Positions 47,515 to 60,034 of a DNA stretch of 64,000 nucleotides are shown in pieces. The notes beneath the pieces were generated by a model. The model was not told the DNA's origin and did not search any database. It worked only from the letters and a program-made list of their open reading frames with translations. The position numbers were made by a program, and so were the translations under genes. Each line of letters begins with the position of its first letter. Position 1 is the stretch's first letter. Source of the DNA: Mobula hypostoma (Eukaryota); NCBI RefSeq assembly GCF_963921235.1, contig NC_086110.1:15624001-15688000 (forward strand). The letters run 5' to 3'.

Positions 47515-48630
47515 GAAAAGGGCAACAACAACATTGAACAATTCCAAAGGATCACAGAAAAGTAAGCTTGAAGTTAAAGTACAGATATTAGATTAGATTA
47601 GATTATGAGGACACGCAGTCCTCTTTTATTGTCATTTAGTAATGCATGCATTAAGAAATGATACAGTGTTTTTCCAGAATGATATCACAGAAACACAAGA
47701 CAAACTGACTTAAAAACTAACAAAAACCACATAATTATAACATATAGTTACAACAGTGCAAAGCAATGCCATAATTTGTTAAAAACAGACCATGGCAGGG
47801 TAAAAGTCGCAAAGTGTCTCGAAAGTCCCAACATCTCACTCAGACAGTAAACCTCCAGCACTGCAAACTTGCCGATGCAGCATCCTGGAAGCACCCGACC
47901 ACAGTCTGACTCCGAGTCCATCCAAAAACTCCGAGCCTCCGACCAGCTCTCCGGCACCGAGCACCGAGCACCATCTCTGCCCAGCACTTCAACCCTGGCC
48001 CCGGCAACAGGCAATAGGCAAAGCTGAGGATTTGGGGCCTTCGTCTCCGGAGATTCTCGATCGCGCAGTAGCAGCGGCAGCGAAGCGGGCATTTCAGAAG
48101 TTTATCCAGGTGTTCCTCTGAGCTTCTCACGGCTGTCTCCATCAAATCCAAATTGTGCATGGGCCCCTAGTTAACACATAATCGATATGGAATAAAATGT
48201 GGATAAATACATAAATACAGTCATGTAAAGAGCATTTAAAAAGGTGGCTTACAGTACCTTTCAGGGTACTGAGGTAATAAACAGAGGTGGGGGTCTAACT
48301 CGAATGGTTGATCAGATTAACTGCCTGGGGAAAGCAACTTTTAAGATAGTTGGAAGATTTTGTTTTAATAATCCTTTGGTGCTTTCCATAAGGGAGCTTT
48401 TGGAAAAGGTGGTTTGCTGGTGGGTGAAGTCCTCACTGATTTTTCCTGCCCACTTCTTTGTCCTGGGCACGTACAAATCCTGCAGCGATGGTAGACTGCA
48501 ACATGATTTTTTCTGCTGACTTGACAGTTCACTGTAGTTTTTTGCATATTGTGAGAGGATGCTGCACCAAACCAGACTGTAATGACTGATGTGAGGATGC
48601 TGTCTATTTTGGCTGTGTTTGATTACACCA
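47515..48630 (-). mobile_element. Rex1/Babar 3' fragment split by ~590-bp element copy C
   Basis: Homologous to 31425-31955; LPSLQDLYVPRTKKWAGKI. Confidence 0.7.
47589..48183 (-). mobile_element. ~590-bp SINE-like element, copy C (divergent subfamily)
   Basis: (agatt)n tail; hairpin gaggac-acgca-gtcctc 47607-47623; gatat on both flanks. Confidence 0.75.
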
Positions 48631-49559
48631 GCATTCCCCTCCATAGATGCTGCCTGACCTGCTGAATTCCTCCAGCATTTACCAGTTTAAAATCTTAAAT
48701 TATGCCAACAGTCTTCTCTTGGAAAGTAAACAATTTAGCAAACAATTAGATTTTAGTGTACATTCCTGAATTAACGATGATTTGCAATTTTTCAATAAGT
48801 AGGATAGCTTGCAGAAAGTAGGTTTTTGCCTTGGAATATATGAAATGTCCTTTAATCCCATCAGAGAGCCTTGTTGATGCTTCAACTCACCTGGTCTAAC
48901 ATTCAGTGACTTCTCCAAATCATGGCAGAGCAGACTCGATGGGCCGAATGGCCAACTTCTGCTCTTTTGTCTTTGTCTTATGGAAAATGCCCCCTGTATT
49001 GATAAGACAGTTGACTCACAGTCAGGCTGAGAATGCCCACCTAGTACCTGTGCTGAATGTCCAAATGGTTGGTGCATTTAAAAGCTCCCTGGCTGGTCTT
49101 ATATCAATTTATTAAGGTATTAGTTTTAAAAAAACATGAATGTAATCAATGTATTCTTGTATTTTTACTCAATGCAGATTGCACTCAAAAATTTGGGCAC
49201 AGACAAATAATTTGGCGTAGTCAGACCATTGCTTTCACTGGGCTGATTAAATAACAAGAGTAACTTTTCATCACATTACACCTCTCTGCACAAGTCTCCA
49301 GCTCAGGAATATCTTGTGAGTTGTTCCATCAAGAAGGTTCACTACACATTTTTCTCTAAGCCTGTGATTTCCTGACTGATTTCTGGGCGGGGTCATTGAT
49401 TGACTTAAACAATTCTTTATTGGAAGTTTTATCCCCTGCACTAAACCCCAGCTATTCTAATCTGAGTACTGAGTACAAATGATTATTGTCATTGTTTATC
49501 CTGAAAATGTAATCCTCTTTGATATTCAGAGATTAAAGAATAAAACTCATCTAGGTTGA

Positions 49560-49810
49560 TGGGATAGGGAATCTCCAGAAGAGCCATAGCAATGAAGGCC
49601 TATGATAAAATCCTACATGGAAGACCACCAATTAAATTAAAATTCATGAGCATTTAGACTGGATCAGGAAGTGCATAAAATGATATGAAGCAGACAGCAT
49701 TTCTCAAGGACTTAGTGCCTTTGGAGTGGAAATTTGACTTCAGCAGTAGTTACAAAGGTGATCCGTAGCATCAGGCACCTGTTATTTGTCCTGTCTATTA
49801 TTCATTTTCA
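49560..49810 (+). mobile_element. Highly decayed CR1 RT fragment
   Basis: aaggcctatgataaaatcctacat resembles KAFDKVPH. Confidence 0.35.
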
Positions 49811-49984
49811 ACATTTTCAACAGGGTAGACACTGCAATGCCCTGCTATCCAAGGTAAATTTCTATTGGATTTTAACTTGAGTTTACATATATGACCTGGA
49901 AGGCAATATAAAGTAGAGAATATACTAGGATTATCGTAGGCAACCAAAGTTACCATAATTAAAAGTTCTGGTAAGTCACTAAAG

Positions 49985-50478
49985 TCTCCAGCAAGTTTCT
50001 ACAGAGGAACCGAGAAGAGCATTCTAACTGGCTGCATCACTGCCATCGGGAGGGGCCTGTGCACAGGGCTGGGATAAGTTGCAGAGGGTTGTGAACCCAT
50101 GCATCATGGGCGCTAGCCTCCCCACCATCGAAGACATCATTAGAAGGTGGTGCCTCAGAAAGGTGGCATCATCATTGAGGATGCCACCACCCAGCACATG
50201 CCTTTTTCTCATTACTTCCATCAGGGAGGAGGTACAGGAGCCTGAATGCACACACTCAACATTTCAGGAGAAGCTTCTTCACTCTGCAATCTGATTTCTG
50301 AACGGACAACAGACTCATGAATACTCATTAGCTTTCCCTTTCTACACTACCTACTTAATTTGTTATATATGTCGTGTATTTATTATTGTATATATTCCGT
50401 ATTGCACTTTACTGCTGCCACACAAACCAACAGATTCTATGACATGCGTTAGTGATAGTAAGCCTGATTCTGGTTCTC
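49985..50478 (+). mobile_element. Rex1/Babar-type LINE 3' fragment
   Basis: gagagcattctaactggctgcatcactgcc; LQRVVN..GASLPTIEDI; cctgattctggttct tail. Confidence 0.75.
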
Positions 50479-51394
50479 AGAGGGAAGAGAAGTGCAAGAG
50501 GAACAATTCTATTTGTAAGGAGGATGAACAGTGCTAAGACTTCACGGAAGTTTAAATGAACTAGCCTGAAAAGGTAAAAACCAAGAGATAATGTCACAGA
50601 TTGAAATTAAAGTATTGACTAACACAAATAAGGAACTGATTTCTGAGGTCAATTATGCTGATCAAGCATGAAGATATAGAAGCAATACCCTGGAAAGAAA
50701 TCGCTTTTGAAATTATGCACAAGACGATGTAGTGGATTAAAGTTTCAACTGAATATTAGATCAGGAGAAAAGAAAACATAGGGAGAGATGTTTGATGCTC
50801 TGATCACCTTTTCTCCCTCTGGCATGTTGCCACATGCAGGAAATATAGATATTTTCCCATGAAATAATCACTACTGCGTTCACATGCCACCACTGGAAGG
50901 ACGGGATGGGTGGTCCTCCTCTTGTGCAGTCAATTCATGAAGTCCTGCTGCTTCTACAAGCAGCCATTGTCACATCCCCAAATTGTGTTTGATATGTGTC
51001 TTCAGTTAAAAAAAATAACTTAAATAAAGAGACTGTAGTGTTAGGCCAACCCTGACGATGGAGGATTTTCACAATCTCTCACAGGACTACATGGTGAGTT
51101 ATTTTAATGTCATGCAGAGTGAGAGAAATGTTAATTATTCACATTATAAAGTTGTTTTGGTAGACTTACAGTACTAGTTCAGCCTGCCATTTTATGCCTA
51201 TATGGATGGATTACTTGATGAGATAACTGGCTCTCATTCCCGTAATAGCTGAGAGGAAGCATCGTGCAGCTATCCTATGGACTCTGTGGTTTGATTACAC
51301 CCATGCCTGGAAGCTGCAAACAAGATTCAGAGTGGACTGTTTGGTCAGTACCTCAGTAGTAGCCAAATCACAGAAAACAATTCTTTATCAGAGG

Positions 51395-52495
51395 GCTCAT
51401 CGCCATCAATGATGAGACAGCCTACAGAGGGGAGGTGGAAGAGCCTGAGGCCTAGTGTCAGGCAAATAACCTCTTCCTCACTGACAACAAGACAAAGGAG
51501 TTGGTTACCAGCTTCAGGAGAACACACACCACTCACACTGCCACTCACATCAGCGACACAGCTGTGGAAACTGTGAGCAGTTTCAAACTCCTGCAAGTGC
51601 ACATCTCGCACAACTTCCCACGGTCCCAAAGCACACCCTACAAAGCTCGCCAATGCCTCCATTTTCTGAGAAGGCAGAAGAGGGCTGAGCAATGCACATC
51701 CATACTCATGACCTTCTGTAGTGGCTCAGCAGAGAGCATCCTGACACGCTGCATCGCTGCCTGGTACGGAAACTGCACTGCAGCAGACAGGAAGGCTTTA
51801 CAGTGGGTAGTCAGTGGCGTCCAACGCATTACCAGCACCAGCCTATCAGTCATCAAGGACATACAGAAAGACAGCCAGTAACTTCGTGAAGGATTGTACC
51901 CACCCTGCTCCTGGACTGGTTGTCCCATTTCCATCAGAGAGGAGACTAAGTAACATCCATGGCAGAATCACCAGACTCAAAATCAGTTACTTACCCCAAG
52001 CAGAAAGGGTAATCAGCACCTCCACTCACTACTCACCCCACCGCCAGCTTTATCATTTCCTGTTAGAGTCACCTCATGTACAAACACTTCCCTACCAAGT
52101 GTCACTTAATGCAGACAGGTATATAAATTATTCTACGTATTTATTGTTGCTGTTGCTTGTCTTTGCACCTTGTGGTGCATTGAGTGGCAACCTAGCCTTT
52201 TCTTTAGCCTTTGCCTGTTTCTTTACGAGGCCGAGTTCCAGTTCAACACGCAACTCAGCACGGATGGAAAGCGTGCAGGGAGTCGGCCAGATTCGAACCG
52301 GGAACACTCACCTCCAAGTCTGGTGTGGATGCTGCTACACCACCGGCTGGCTTTTATGGATTTATATTTATTGTGTCCTTTATCTTATTGTGTTTTTTTT
52401 TAATGCTGCATCAGATCTGGTGTAACAATTATTTTGTTTTCCTTTATGCTGTGCACTGGAAATGACATCAAACAACCTTGAATCTTGAATCTTGA
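51395..52495 (+). mobile_element. Rex1/Babar-type LINE 3' fragment
   Basis: ORF 51501-51881 VETVSSFKLL..KARQCLHFLRR..ESILTRCIAAWYGNC; (cttgaat)n tail. Confidence 0.8.
52143..52350 (-). mobile_element. Short tRNA-derived SINE inserted in the Rex 3'UTR
   Basis: Minus strand ggtggtgtagcagc (A-box-like), ggttcgaatc (B-box, 52290-52299), 3' hairpin tgcacc-acaa-ggtgca, (caa/cag)n tail. Confidence 0.7.
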
Positions 52496-53599
52496 AAGAA
52501 TCAGTTCCCAATGTAAACAGCAATCGAACTAAAGATGATCTTAACCTCTGGGTAATGTAAAATGATACAACAGATGACTGTTGATATTAAAATGACAGAG
52601 ACAACACCCAGGATGCATTGGATAAATAAAAGTAAAACACATACACAGCACTCTGGAAAAAGTACACAAACACATGCACATATTTAAATCATATTAGTTG
52701 GTCTTGGATCAAACAACTGGCAAGGTAAACATAAACCAGAAGATCTGAAAGTTATCATTTTAATAAACATATGACCTTACATTGGAAGGGATCTCCCCTA
52801 AAGGTAGCAGCAGCATACTAATTGGATGTTGACAGTGCATAAAGAGTTTCTGGCAGGTTTCTTTTAAATCAGGTATAATGCCCTGGAGGTGTACAAGAAC
52901 CATTTACATCAACCTATTATTATGTGGCCCGAATGTAAAACAAGGAACAGCCAAATTGTTGCCCGCTGTGCATTTTCACCAAGAATTAGGTGGTTCAAAA
53001 CACAAATTTATTACAGCCGAGGAACTCAACTTGCTAGAACTGATGTACACATGCAGAGGAAAACCAAGCATTGTCTTATTCAGTTACTACCAACCCATTA
53101 AGTTGTTACTGTTTAATTGCCCATGCTTTAATTTGCCACTGGCAGTAAATTAAACTTTCCAAGGACATGCTAGCAATAACTAATCCAATGTAAGCCAGTA
53201 CCTTTGCATTATATTTTCCAACAAGCAGTAATGACTCAGGTGTAAATTACAAAATGACTCAGATGATACAGTATATTCCAAAGGAGGAATGCATTAAACA
53301 GAAGCTGGCATTCCTCTTTCCACTAAAGTAGCCATTAGAATGAATAAGGAGGCAGATAATCACCATGGGTAAGATATACCCACCACCATCCTTAAAATAA
53401 TGTGTCCAGGCAAAGTAATGTTTTCTCCCATTGAGAGAGACTAAGGTGAACTGCAGCACTTCTTAATTTGACAAAACACTTATTGTTTTAGTGAACCTGC
53501 TGGTAACTTGTATTCAAGTGTCAATGATAAAATATGTAGTTAGTATCAATAATTAAAATAACTCTGGCACCAGTCAGAACCTATGCACTCTATATACAT

Positions 53600-54030
53600 A
53601 TAGGTTAATCGAGCTGGGGCTTTTCTCTTTGGAGTGAAGGAGGCTAAGAGGTGACTTGATAGAGGTGTATAAGATAAGGGGCATAGGTCCAGTGGATAGC
53701 CAGAGACTTTTTCCCAGGGTGTTAGTGGTTAATACAAAAGAGCCTAATTTTAAAGTGATTGGAGGAAAGTATAGTGGTCATTTATCATGCACTTGAGCGG
53801 GGATGTCAGAGGTAAGTTCTTTACAAAGAGAGCAGTGGGTGCATAGAAAGCCCTGCCGGGGGGAGGTAGAAGAGGCAGGCACATTAGGGGCTTTAAAGAA
53901 AGCCTTAGATAGGTACATGGGTGATAGAAGAACGGAGGGCCGTGTAGGAGGGAAGGGTTAGATTGATCTTCGAGTAGGTTAAAAAGTTGGTGCAACATTG
54001 TGGGCCGAAAGGCCTGTCCTGTGCTGTAAC
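53600..54030 (+). mobile_element. CR1-type LINE 3' end
   Basis: gaggtgacttgatagaggtgtataagat (RGDLIEVYK)..gtgggccgaaaggcctgtcctgtgctgt. Confidence 0.8.
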
Positions 54031-54034
54031 ACTA

Positions 54035-54212
54035 TTTATCAGTATCAAGAGTAAAATGTAAATGGCATCATGATAATGTACTGTATATATGAAATAAACA
54101 CTGGCATCAATAATAGAATATACTGTAAGCTGATATCAGTGATAAAATACGTACCGGTAGGAATGATAACTTATAATATTGGAACTAATGATGAAATTAT
54201 ATGGATGTTAAC
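54035..54212. repeat. Degenerate ~24-bp minisatellite (also 53505-53575 and 59070-59360)
   Basis: Recurring units like ggcatcaatgataaaatata. Confidence 0.5.
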
Positions 54213-54214
54213 AA

Positions 54215-54500
54215 TCAAAAGAGATTAGCTTTATTTGTTGCATAAATATTGTAAAATACAATGAAATGTGTTATCAACTTCAAATCAAATCAGTGAGGAT
54301 TGTGCTGGGCAGCCAGCAAGTGTCGCCATGCTTCCGCTACCAGCATAGTTTACCCATAACCCTCTAACCTGAACTTTGGAATGTAGGAGGAAACCAAAGC
54401 ACCCGGAGGAAACTCACACTGTCAGAAGATGAACGTACAAACTCCTTATAGACTGCAGCAAGAATCGAAACTCTGATCTTACCCACAATGCTACCATTTT
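54215..54500 (-). mobile_element. V-domain SINE with tail-family 3' end
   Basis: gctttatttgttgcat..gtgctgggcagcc..ctttggaatgtaggaggaaaccaaagcacccggaggaaac. Confidence 0.65.
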
Positions 54501-55912
54501 TGAAATATGTACTTCCTCCAAAAATATATAGGGATCAATGGAAACTTTCAGCATCTGATCTGATGAAAACTCTCTGACATGGAACATTACAACCTGAAAG
54601 GGCAAAAAGACCCTGATGGGAGTTATGTACAGGCCTCCAAACGGTAGCTAAGATATGGGCTACATATGGATGATAGAAAAGGCTTGTCAAATGGACAATG
54701 TTATGACAGTCATGGGGGATTTCAATATGCAGGTAGATTCAGAAAATCAGGATGGTGTTGGGTTCCAAGAGAGAAAATTTGCAGAATGACTACAAGACGG
54801 CTTTTTAGAGCAGTTTGCGGTTGAGCCCACTAGCAGATCAGTTATTCTGGATTGGGTGTTTTGTCATGAACAGGATTTGATTAGGGAGCTTAAGGTAAAG
54901 GAACCCTTAGGAGCTACTGATCATAATATGATAGAATTCATCCTGCAAGTTGAGAGGGGAAGCTAAAGCCAGATGTATGAGTTTTACAGTTAGTAAATGG
55001 AATTACAGAGGCATGAGAGAAGAGCTGGCCAAAGTTGATTGGAAGGGGACACTATCAGGGATGACAGCAGAACATCAATGGTTGGAGTTTCTGGCAGCAA
55101 TTCAGAAGGCACAAGATAGATACATCACAAAGAATAATAAATATTATAAGGCATAATGACACAACTGTGGCTCACAAGCAAAGTCAAACCCAACATAAAA
55201 ACAAGAGAGGGTATATACAAACATAATAGAGTAAAATCTGTGGGAAGTTAAAGGACTGGGAATGTTTATAAACCAACGATATAAAAGAGAGTACCAAATA
55301 TTTTTCAAATATATAAAGTGCAAAAGAGTAGATATTGGACTGTTGGAAAATGATGCTGGAGAAATAGTATAGGTGACAAGGAAGTGGCATTTTGCATCGG
55401 TCTTCACTGTGTGAAATACACTAGCAGTACACTAGAAATTTGAGAGAGTCAGGGGCCAGAAGTGAGTACAGTTGCTAATACTATGGAGAAGGTGCTTGGG
55501 AAAATGAGAGATCTGAAGGTAGTTAAGTCACTTGATCCAGATGGACTGCTCCACAAGGTTCTGAAAGAGGTGGCCGAAGAGATTGTGGAGGCATTAGTCC
55601 TGATCTTTCAAGAATCACTTTCATGATTCTGGAATGGTTCCTGAGGATTGGGAAATGGCAAATCTCACTCCACTCTTCAAGAAGGGAGAGAGGCAGAAGA
55701 AAGGAAATTATTGGCCAGTCAGTCTGACCTCAGTGGCTGAGAAGATATTGGAATTGATCATTAAGGATGTGGTTTCTGGGTAGTTGGAGGCACAGGATAA
55801 AATGTACCGTAGTCAGCAGGGTTTCCTCAAGGGAAAATCTTGCCTGACAAATCTGTTAGAATTATTTGAGAAAATAACAAGCAGGATGGACAAAGGAGAA
55901 TCGGTTGACGTT

Positions 55913-56043
55913 CACAAAGAGAGTGGTGGCCCTGCCAGGGAGAGTGGTGGCCCTGTCAGGGAGAGTGGTGGCCCTGTCAGGGGGAGGTAGAAGAGGCAGA
56001 CACATTAGGGGCTTTAAAGAAAGCCCTAGATAGGAACAAGAAA
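55913..56043 (+). repeat. Locally templated insertion with 3 x 21-bp tandem repeat
   Basis: gagagtggtggccctg(c/t)cagg x3 (55919-55981); remainder nearly identical to 53859-53917. Confidence 0.75.
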
Positions 56044-56596
56044 TTTGACAAGGTGCCACATGTGAGGCTGCTTAACAAACTAAGAGCCCATGGTATTACG
56101 GAATAGATACTAGCATAGAGAGAGCAGCAAAGAGTGGGAATAAAGGGAGCCTTTTCAGATTGGCTGCCGATGACCAGTGGTATTCCACAGGATTCAGTGC
56201 TGGGTCTGCTTCTTTTTATGTTATATGTCAATGATTTGGGTGACAGAATTGATGGCTTTGTGGCCAAGTTTGCAGACAATACGAAGGTAGATGGAGAGTC
56301 AGGTAGTATTAAGGAAGCTGGGAGGCTACAGAAGGACTTTGACAGGTTAGGAAAATGTGCAAAAAGATGAAATATGGTGTTGGGAAGTGTATGGTCATGC
56401 ACTTTGGTAGAGGGAATAGAAGCATAGACTATTTTCTAAATGGGGGGAAAATTCAAATATCCCAGGTGCAAAGGGACTTGGGAGTCCTCGTGCAGGAGTT
56501 GCTAAAGGTTAATTTCCAGGTTGATTTGGTGGCAAGAAAGGCAAATGTAATATTAGCATTCATTTCGAGAGGACTAGGATATAAAAGCAAGGATAT

Positions 56597-58234
56597 GATA
56601 TGATGCACGGCGCTTGGCAATTAGCTTGCAGACGTTTCGTTTCGTCACCAGTGAAGGTGACATTCTGAGTGTACAGTTGTTGGTGTTTCTCTCTGGGAGT
56701 ACTTGCATTTATACACATCCCCAACCACCACGTTTGCTCGCCTCGGTCCTGATTGGCTACGCCTTCAGCTGACCTTTGAATTCTTTTGGCTCGCTTTTCT
56801 TTGGCTCTTAGGGGTTCTTAGATGGCATCTACTTTGATATGTTTGTTTATGGAGCTATCAGAATAGAACCATGCTTCTAAAAATTCTCGTACCTGCCTCG
56901 TGTTTGCCTGCGCCAGAACCTCCGTGGTGTCCCAGTTAAAGCGGTGTCCTTAGTCTTCATGTACTGAGAACAGCAGCAATGGATAATGTCTCCGTACCGC
57001 TAGTTTGTGTTCCCACAAATGAGTTTACATCCTGTCTGACCGACATAGCTCTTGTTGCAGTCTCCACAGGTGACCCCGTACATCACATTGCTTTTGTCGG
57101 GGTTTTTTTTTGGGTTCTTGAGACGAGCTTCCTTAAAGCCGCCGTCGGTTTGTGACCGATTGTGGTTCAATGAGATGCGAACCATTTCGGATATACTGTA
57201 TCCTTGATGTCGGGCAAGGCCGTGTGGTCCAGTGTGCGTTGAGTGAAGTCTGTGCAACTTTCTCTCCTTGGTAAGCATCTCCTGATGAAATTCCATGGGT
57301 AAATCGCTGTTTAACGAAGTGCTTCTCTTCCCTAGCCCAAGTTCAGTGGTACTGCAGTGTGTTTGTGCTCTTTTGAACAAGGAGCGAATGCAGCCTTTCT
57401 TGGGGCAGGCTGGGTGTTGGCTCTGGTAGTTCAGTACCTGGTCCGTGAGTATACGGATGTCTGTCCTTCTCATGACAAGTACATCCAGGAATGCAAGTCG
57501 GTTCTTTCTTTCTCTTTCCATTGTAAACTTGATGTCGCTGAACACGCTGTTGATTTGATAAAAGGAATCCTATATTTCATTCTGTTTCATAACGAAATCG
57601 TGAACCGCATGACCTTGCCCGACATCAAGAATATATCCGAAATGAAAGCTCGAGTGCTCGAACCTCATGGAATCACAATGGGTCACAAACCAACGGCGAC
57701 TTTAAGGAAACTTGTCTCAAGAACCAAGGTACCATTAAAGACAACCGACAAAAGCAATGTGATGTACGGGGTTAAGACTGCAAGAAGAACTATGTCAGTC
57801 AGACAGGACCTAAACTCTCAACTCGTTTGTGGGAATACATACTCGCGGTCCATTGCCACTGTTCTCAGAACATGAAAACCAAGAAGGACACCACTTTAAC
57901 GAGGACTCCGTGGAGGTTCTGGCGCAGGTAAACACAAGGCAGGCGCAAGAATTTTTGGAAGCATGGTTCTCTTCTGATAACTCTTCTCTTCTGCCAACAA
58001 ACATGTCGAAATAGGCACCAGTTAAGAACTTGGAAGCGCCAAAGAAACGCAAGCCAATAGGATTCAAAGGTCGACTGAAGGGGTAGCAAATCAGGACCGA
58101 GAGAAACACCAGCGACCGCGCACCGGGAATGTCACCTGGACTAGTGATGAGGCGGCAGCCAGCTAGTTGCCTAGGTCGGCGAACACTGCGACATCACACT
58201 CCTCAACCCGAGCTACCCATATTCACCATCATCC
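56597..58234. mobile_element. Second-family Penelope-like element with inverted structure; 15-bp TSD
   Basis: taaaagcaaggatat at 56582-56596 and 58235-58249; minus arm IKFTME..LAFLDVLV..NVMYGVTCGDCNKSYVGQTG; plus arm HKPTATLRKLVSRTK..QEFLEAWFS. Confidence 0.85.
56626..56676 (-). ncRNA. Degenerate hammerhead motif of second PLE family
   Basis: Minus: ca-CTCAGAA-tgtcacc ttcact ggtgac-GAAAC(GAAAC)-GTC-tgca. Confidence 0.45.
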
Positions 58235-58933
58235 TAAAAGCAAGGATATAATGCTGCGGATTTATAAGGCACTGGTGAGGTCTCACTTGCAGTATTGTGA
58301 GCAGTTTGGGGCCACTTATTTAAGGAAGGATTTGCTGACATTGGAGAGGGTTCAGAGGAGGTTCACAAGAATAATTCCCAGACTGAAAGGCTTATCATTT
58401 GAGGAGCGATTGATAGCTCCGCGCCTCCGCTCGCTGGAAATTAGAATAATTTGGTGGGGGGGGGGATCTTATCGAATGTTGAAAGACCCAGCTGGAGTAG
58501 ATATGGAGAGGATGTTTCCTATGTTGGGGGAGTCTAGAACCAGAGGGCACAGCCTCGGAATAGAGGGATGTCCATATAGAACGGAGATGAGGTGGAACTT
58601 CTTTCGCCAGAGGGTTGTGAATCTGTGGAATCTGCTGCCACAAGTGGCTGTCAAGGCCAACATATTGAGTATATTTAAGGCAGAGGTGGATAGGTTCTTG
58701 ATTTGTCGGGGAGTGAAGAGATACGGGGAGGAGGGGGAGGAGACAGGAGATTGGGGCAAAGAGGGGAATGGATCCGCCATGATGAAATGGTGGAGTGGAC
58801 ATGATGAGCCGAATGGCCTAGTTCTACTCCCTCCCCCCCCCCCCACCAAAGTCTTATGGTCTGTTTCCCTTTCCATAGAAACTGCTTGACCTGCAAAGTT
58901 TTCCCGCGTTTTCTGGTTTAATAAGGAGAAAAT

Positions 58934-59069
58934 NNNNNNNNNNNNNNNNNNNNNNNNNNNNNNNNNNNNNNNNNNNNNNNNNNNNNNNNNNNNNNNNNNN
59001 NNNNNNNNNNNNNNNNNNNNNNNNNNNNNNNNNNNNNNNNNNNNNNNNNNNNNNNNNNNNNNNNNNNNN
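58934..59069. other. Assembly gap (136 N)
   Basis: Run of n. Confidence 1.
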
Positions 59070-60034
59070 CATACTTGTATATATGTGAAATGCATGTTGG
59101 CATCAATGATAACACAGGTCCTGGTAATAAGCAAAGAATATATCCAGACACCAGTGATGGATTCTGTATAGATATAAATGATAAAGTGTACACAGAAACC
59201 AAAATGAATCAATGATAAAATATACACTGGGAGAAATGATAGAATTGGGTATATGCACTCATGTTGGCATTTATTGATGCTATTAACAAAATTTGTAATA
59301 GTGTAAAGAAAAAAATGCTGAGACATCATCTTTGAGAAAATATATACAGGTGTTGCTAAGATTGAAATGGGACTGGAGGGGAAAATGGTGATTTTATATA
59401 GGACATGCGAGAAAATACTGAGGATGTTGAACATTGGGGCTGGTGGGGTGGAAGGTGAAGGTAAAGGGAATCTTCTCCATGAGTTCTTTCCTCCTGGATG
59501 CTCCCTGGCTCTTCAGGCTTCACCATCACCCACATATCTCTCGTGCTAACTTCTTTTGCAATGTGAGGTGAGGTAGCCCTCTTCTACACTGTGAAGGAAC
59601 CCAATGAATCCTTTACTTCATCAGATGTATGTATGTGATAAAATGCGTAAATCATCAGAAGTGCAAAACTAATCAAGGAGCTCCAAGACCTTGGCCTACA
59701 CTTCATATCTTGTGCGTTTGGATCCTCAATTTTCTCACCTGCAGACACCAGTCATTTCGGATTGGCAATAAAATCTCCTCTGTGATCTCCATCAGCACAG
59801 GCACACCACACAGCTGTGTGCTTAGCTCCCTGCTCTACTCACTTTACTCTTATGACTATAGGACTAAGCACAGCTCCAATGCCACATTCAAGTTTGCTGA
59901 TGACATCACTGTCATCAGCCAACTCAAAGGAGGTGGAGAATCAGCATGTAGGAGGGAGGTTAAAAACTGTCTGAGTGGTGCCACAACAACAGCCTCTTAC
60001 TCGGTGTCAGTAAGACCAAGGAGCTGAATATTGA

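Larger units (their letters stand above)
54590..58862 (+). mobile_element. Long decayed CR1-type LINE (APE endonuclease through RT to 3' end) with two insertions
   Basis: GVMYRPP, MGDFN, DHN endonuclease motifs; GFLKGKSCLTNL, FDKVPH, GIPQDSVLG, KFADNTK; resumes KDIMLRIYKALVRSHLQYC after 58235. Confidence 0.9.

Noticed and set aside
52270-52350. tRNA gene
   Set aside because: Only A/B boxes are retained, with no convincing cloverleaf, and it continues into a SINE body and tail.
51814-52425. 203-aa plus ORF
   Set aside because: Read-through of decayed Rex sequence, its UTR and an antisense SINE.
58469-59434. 321-aa minus ORF
   Set aside because: Spans an N gap and is the antisense of CR1 plus AT-rich repeat; artefact.
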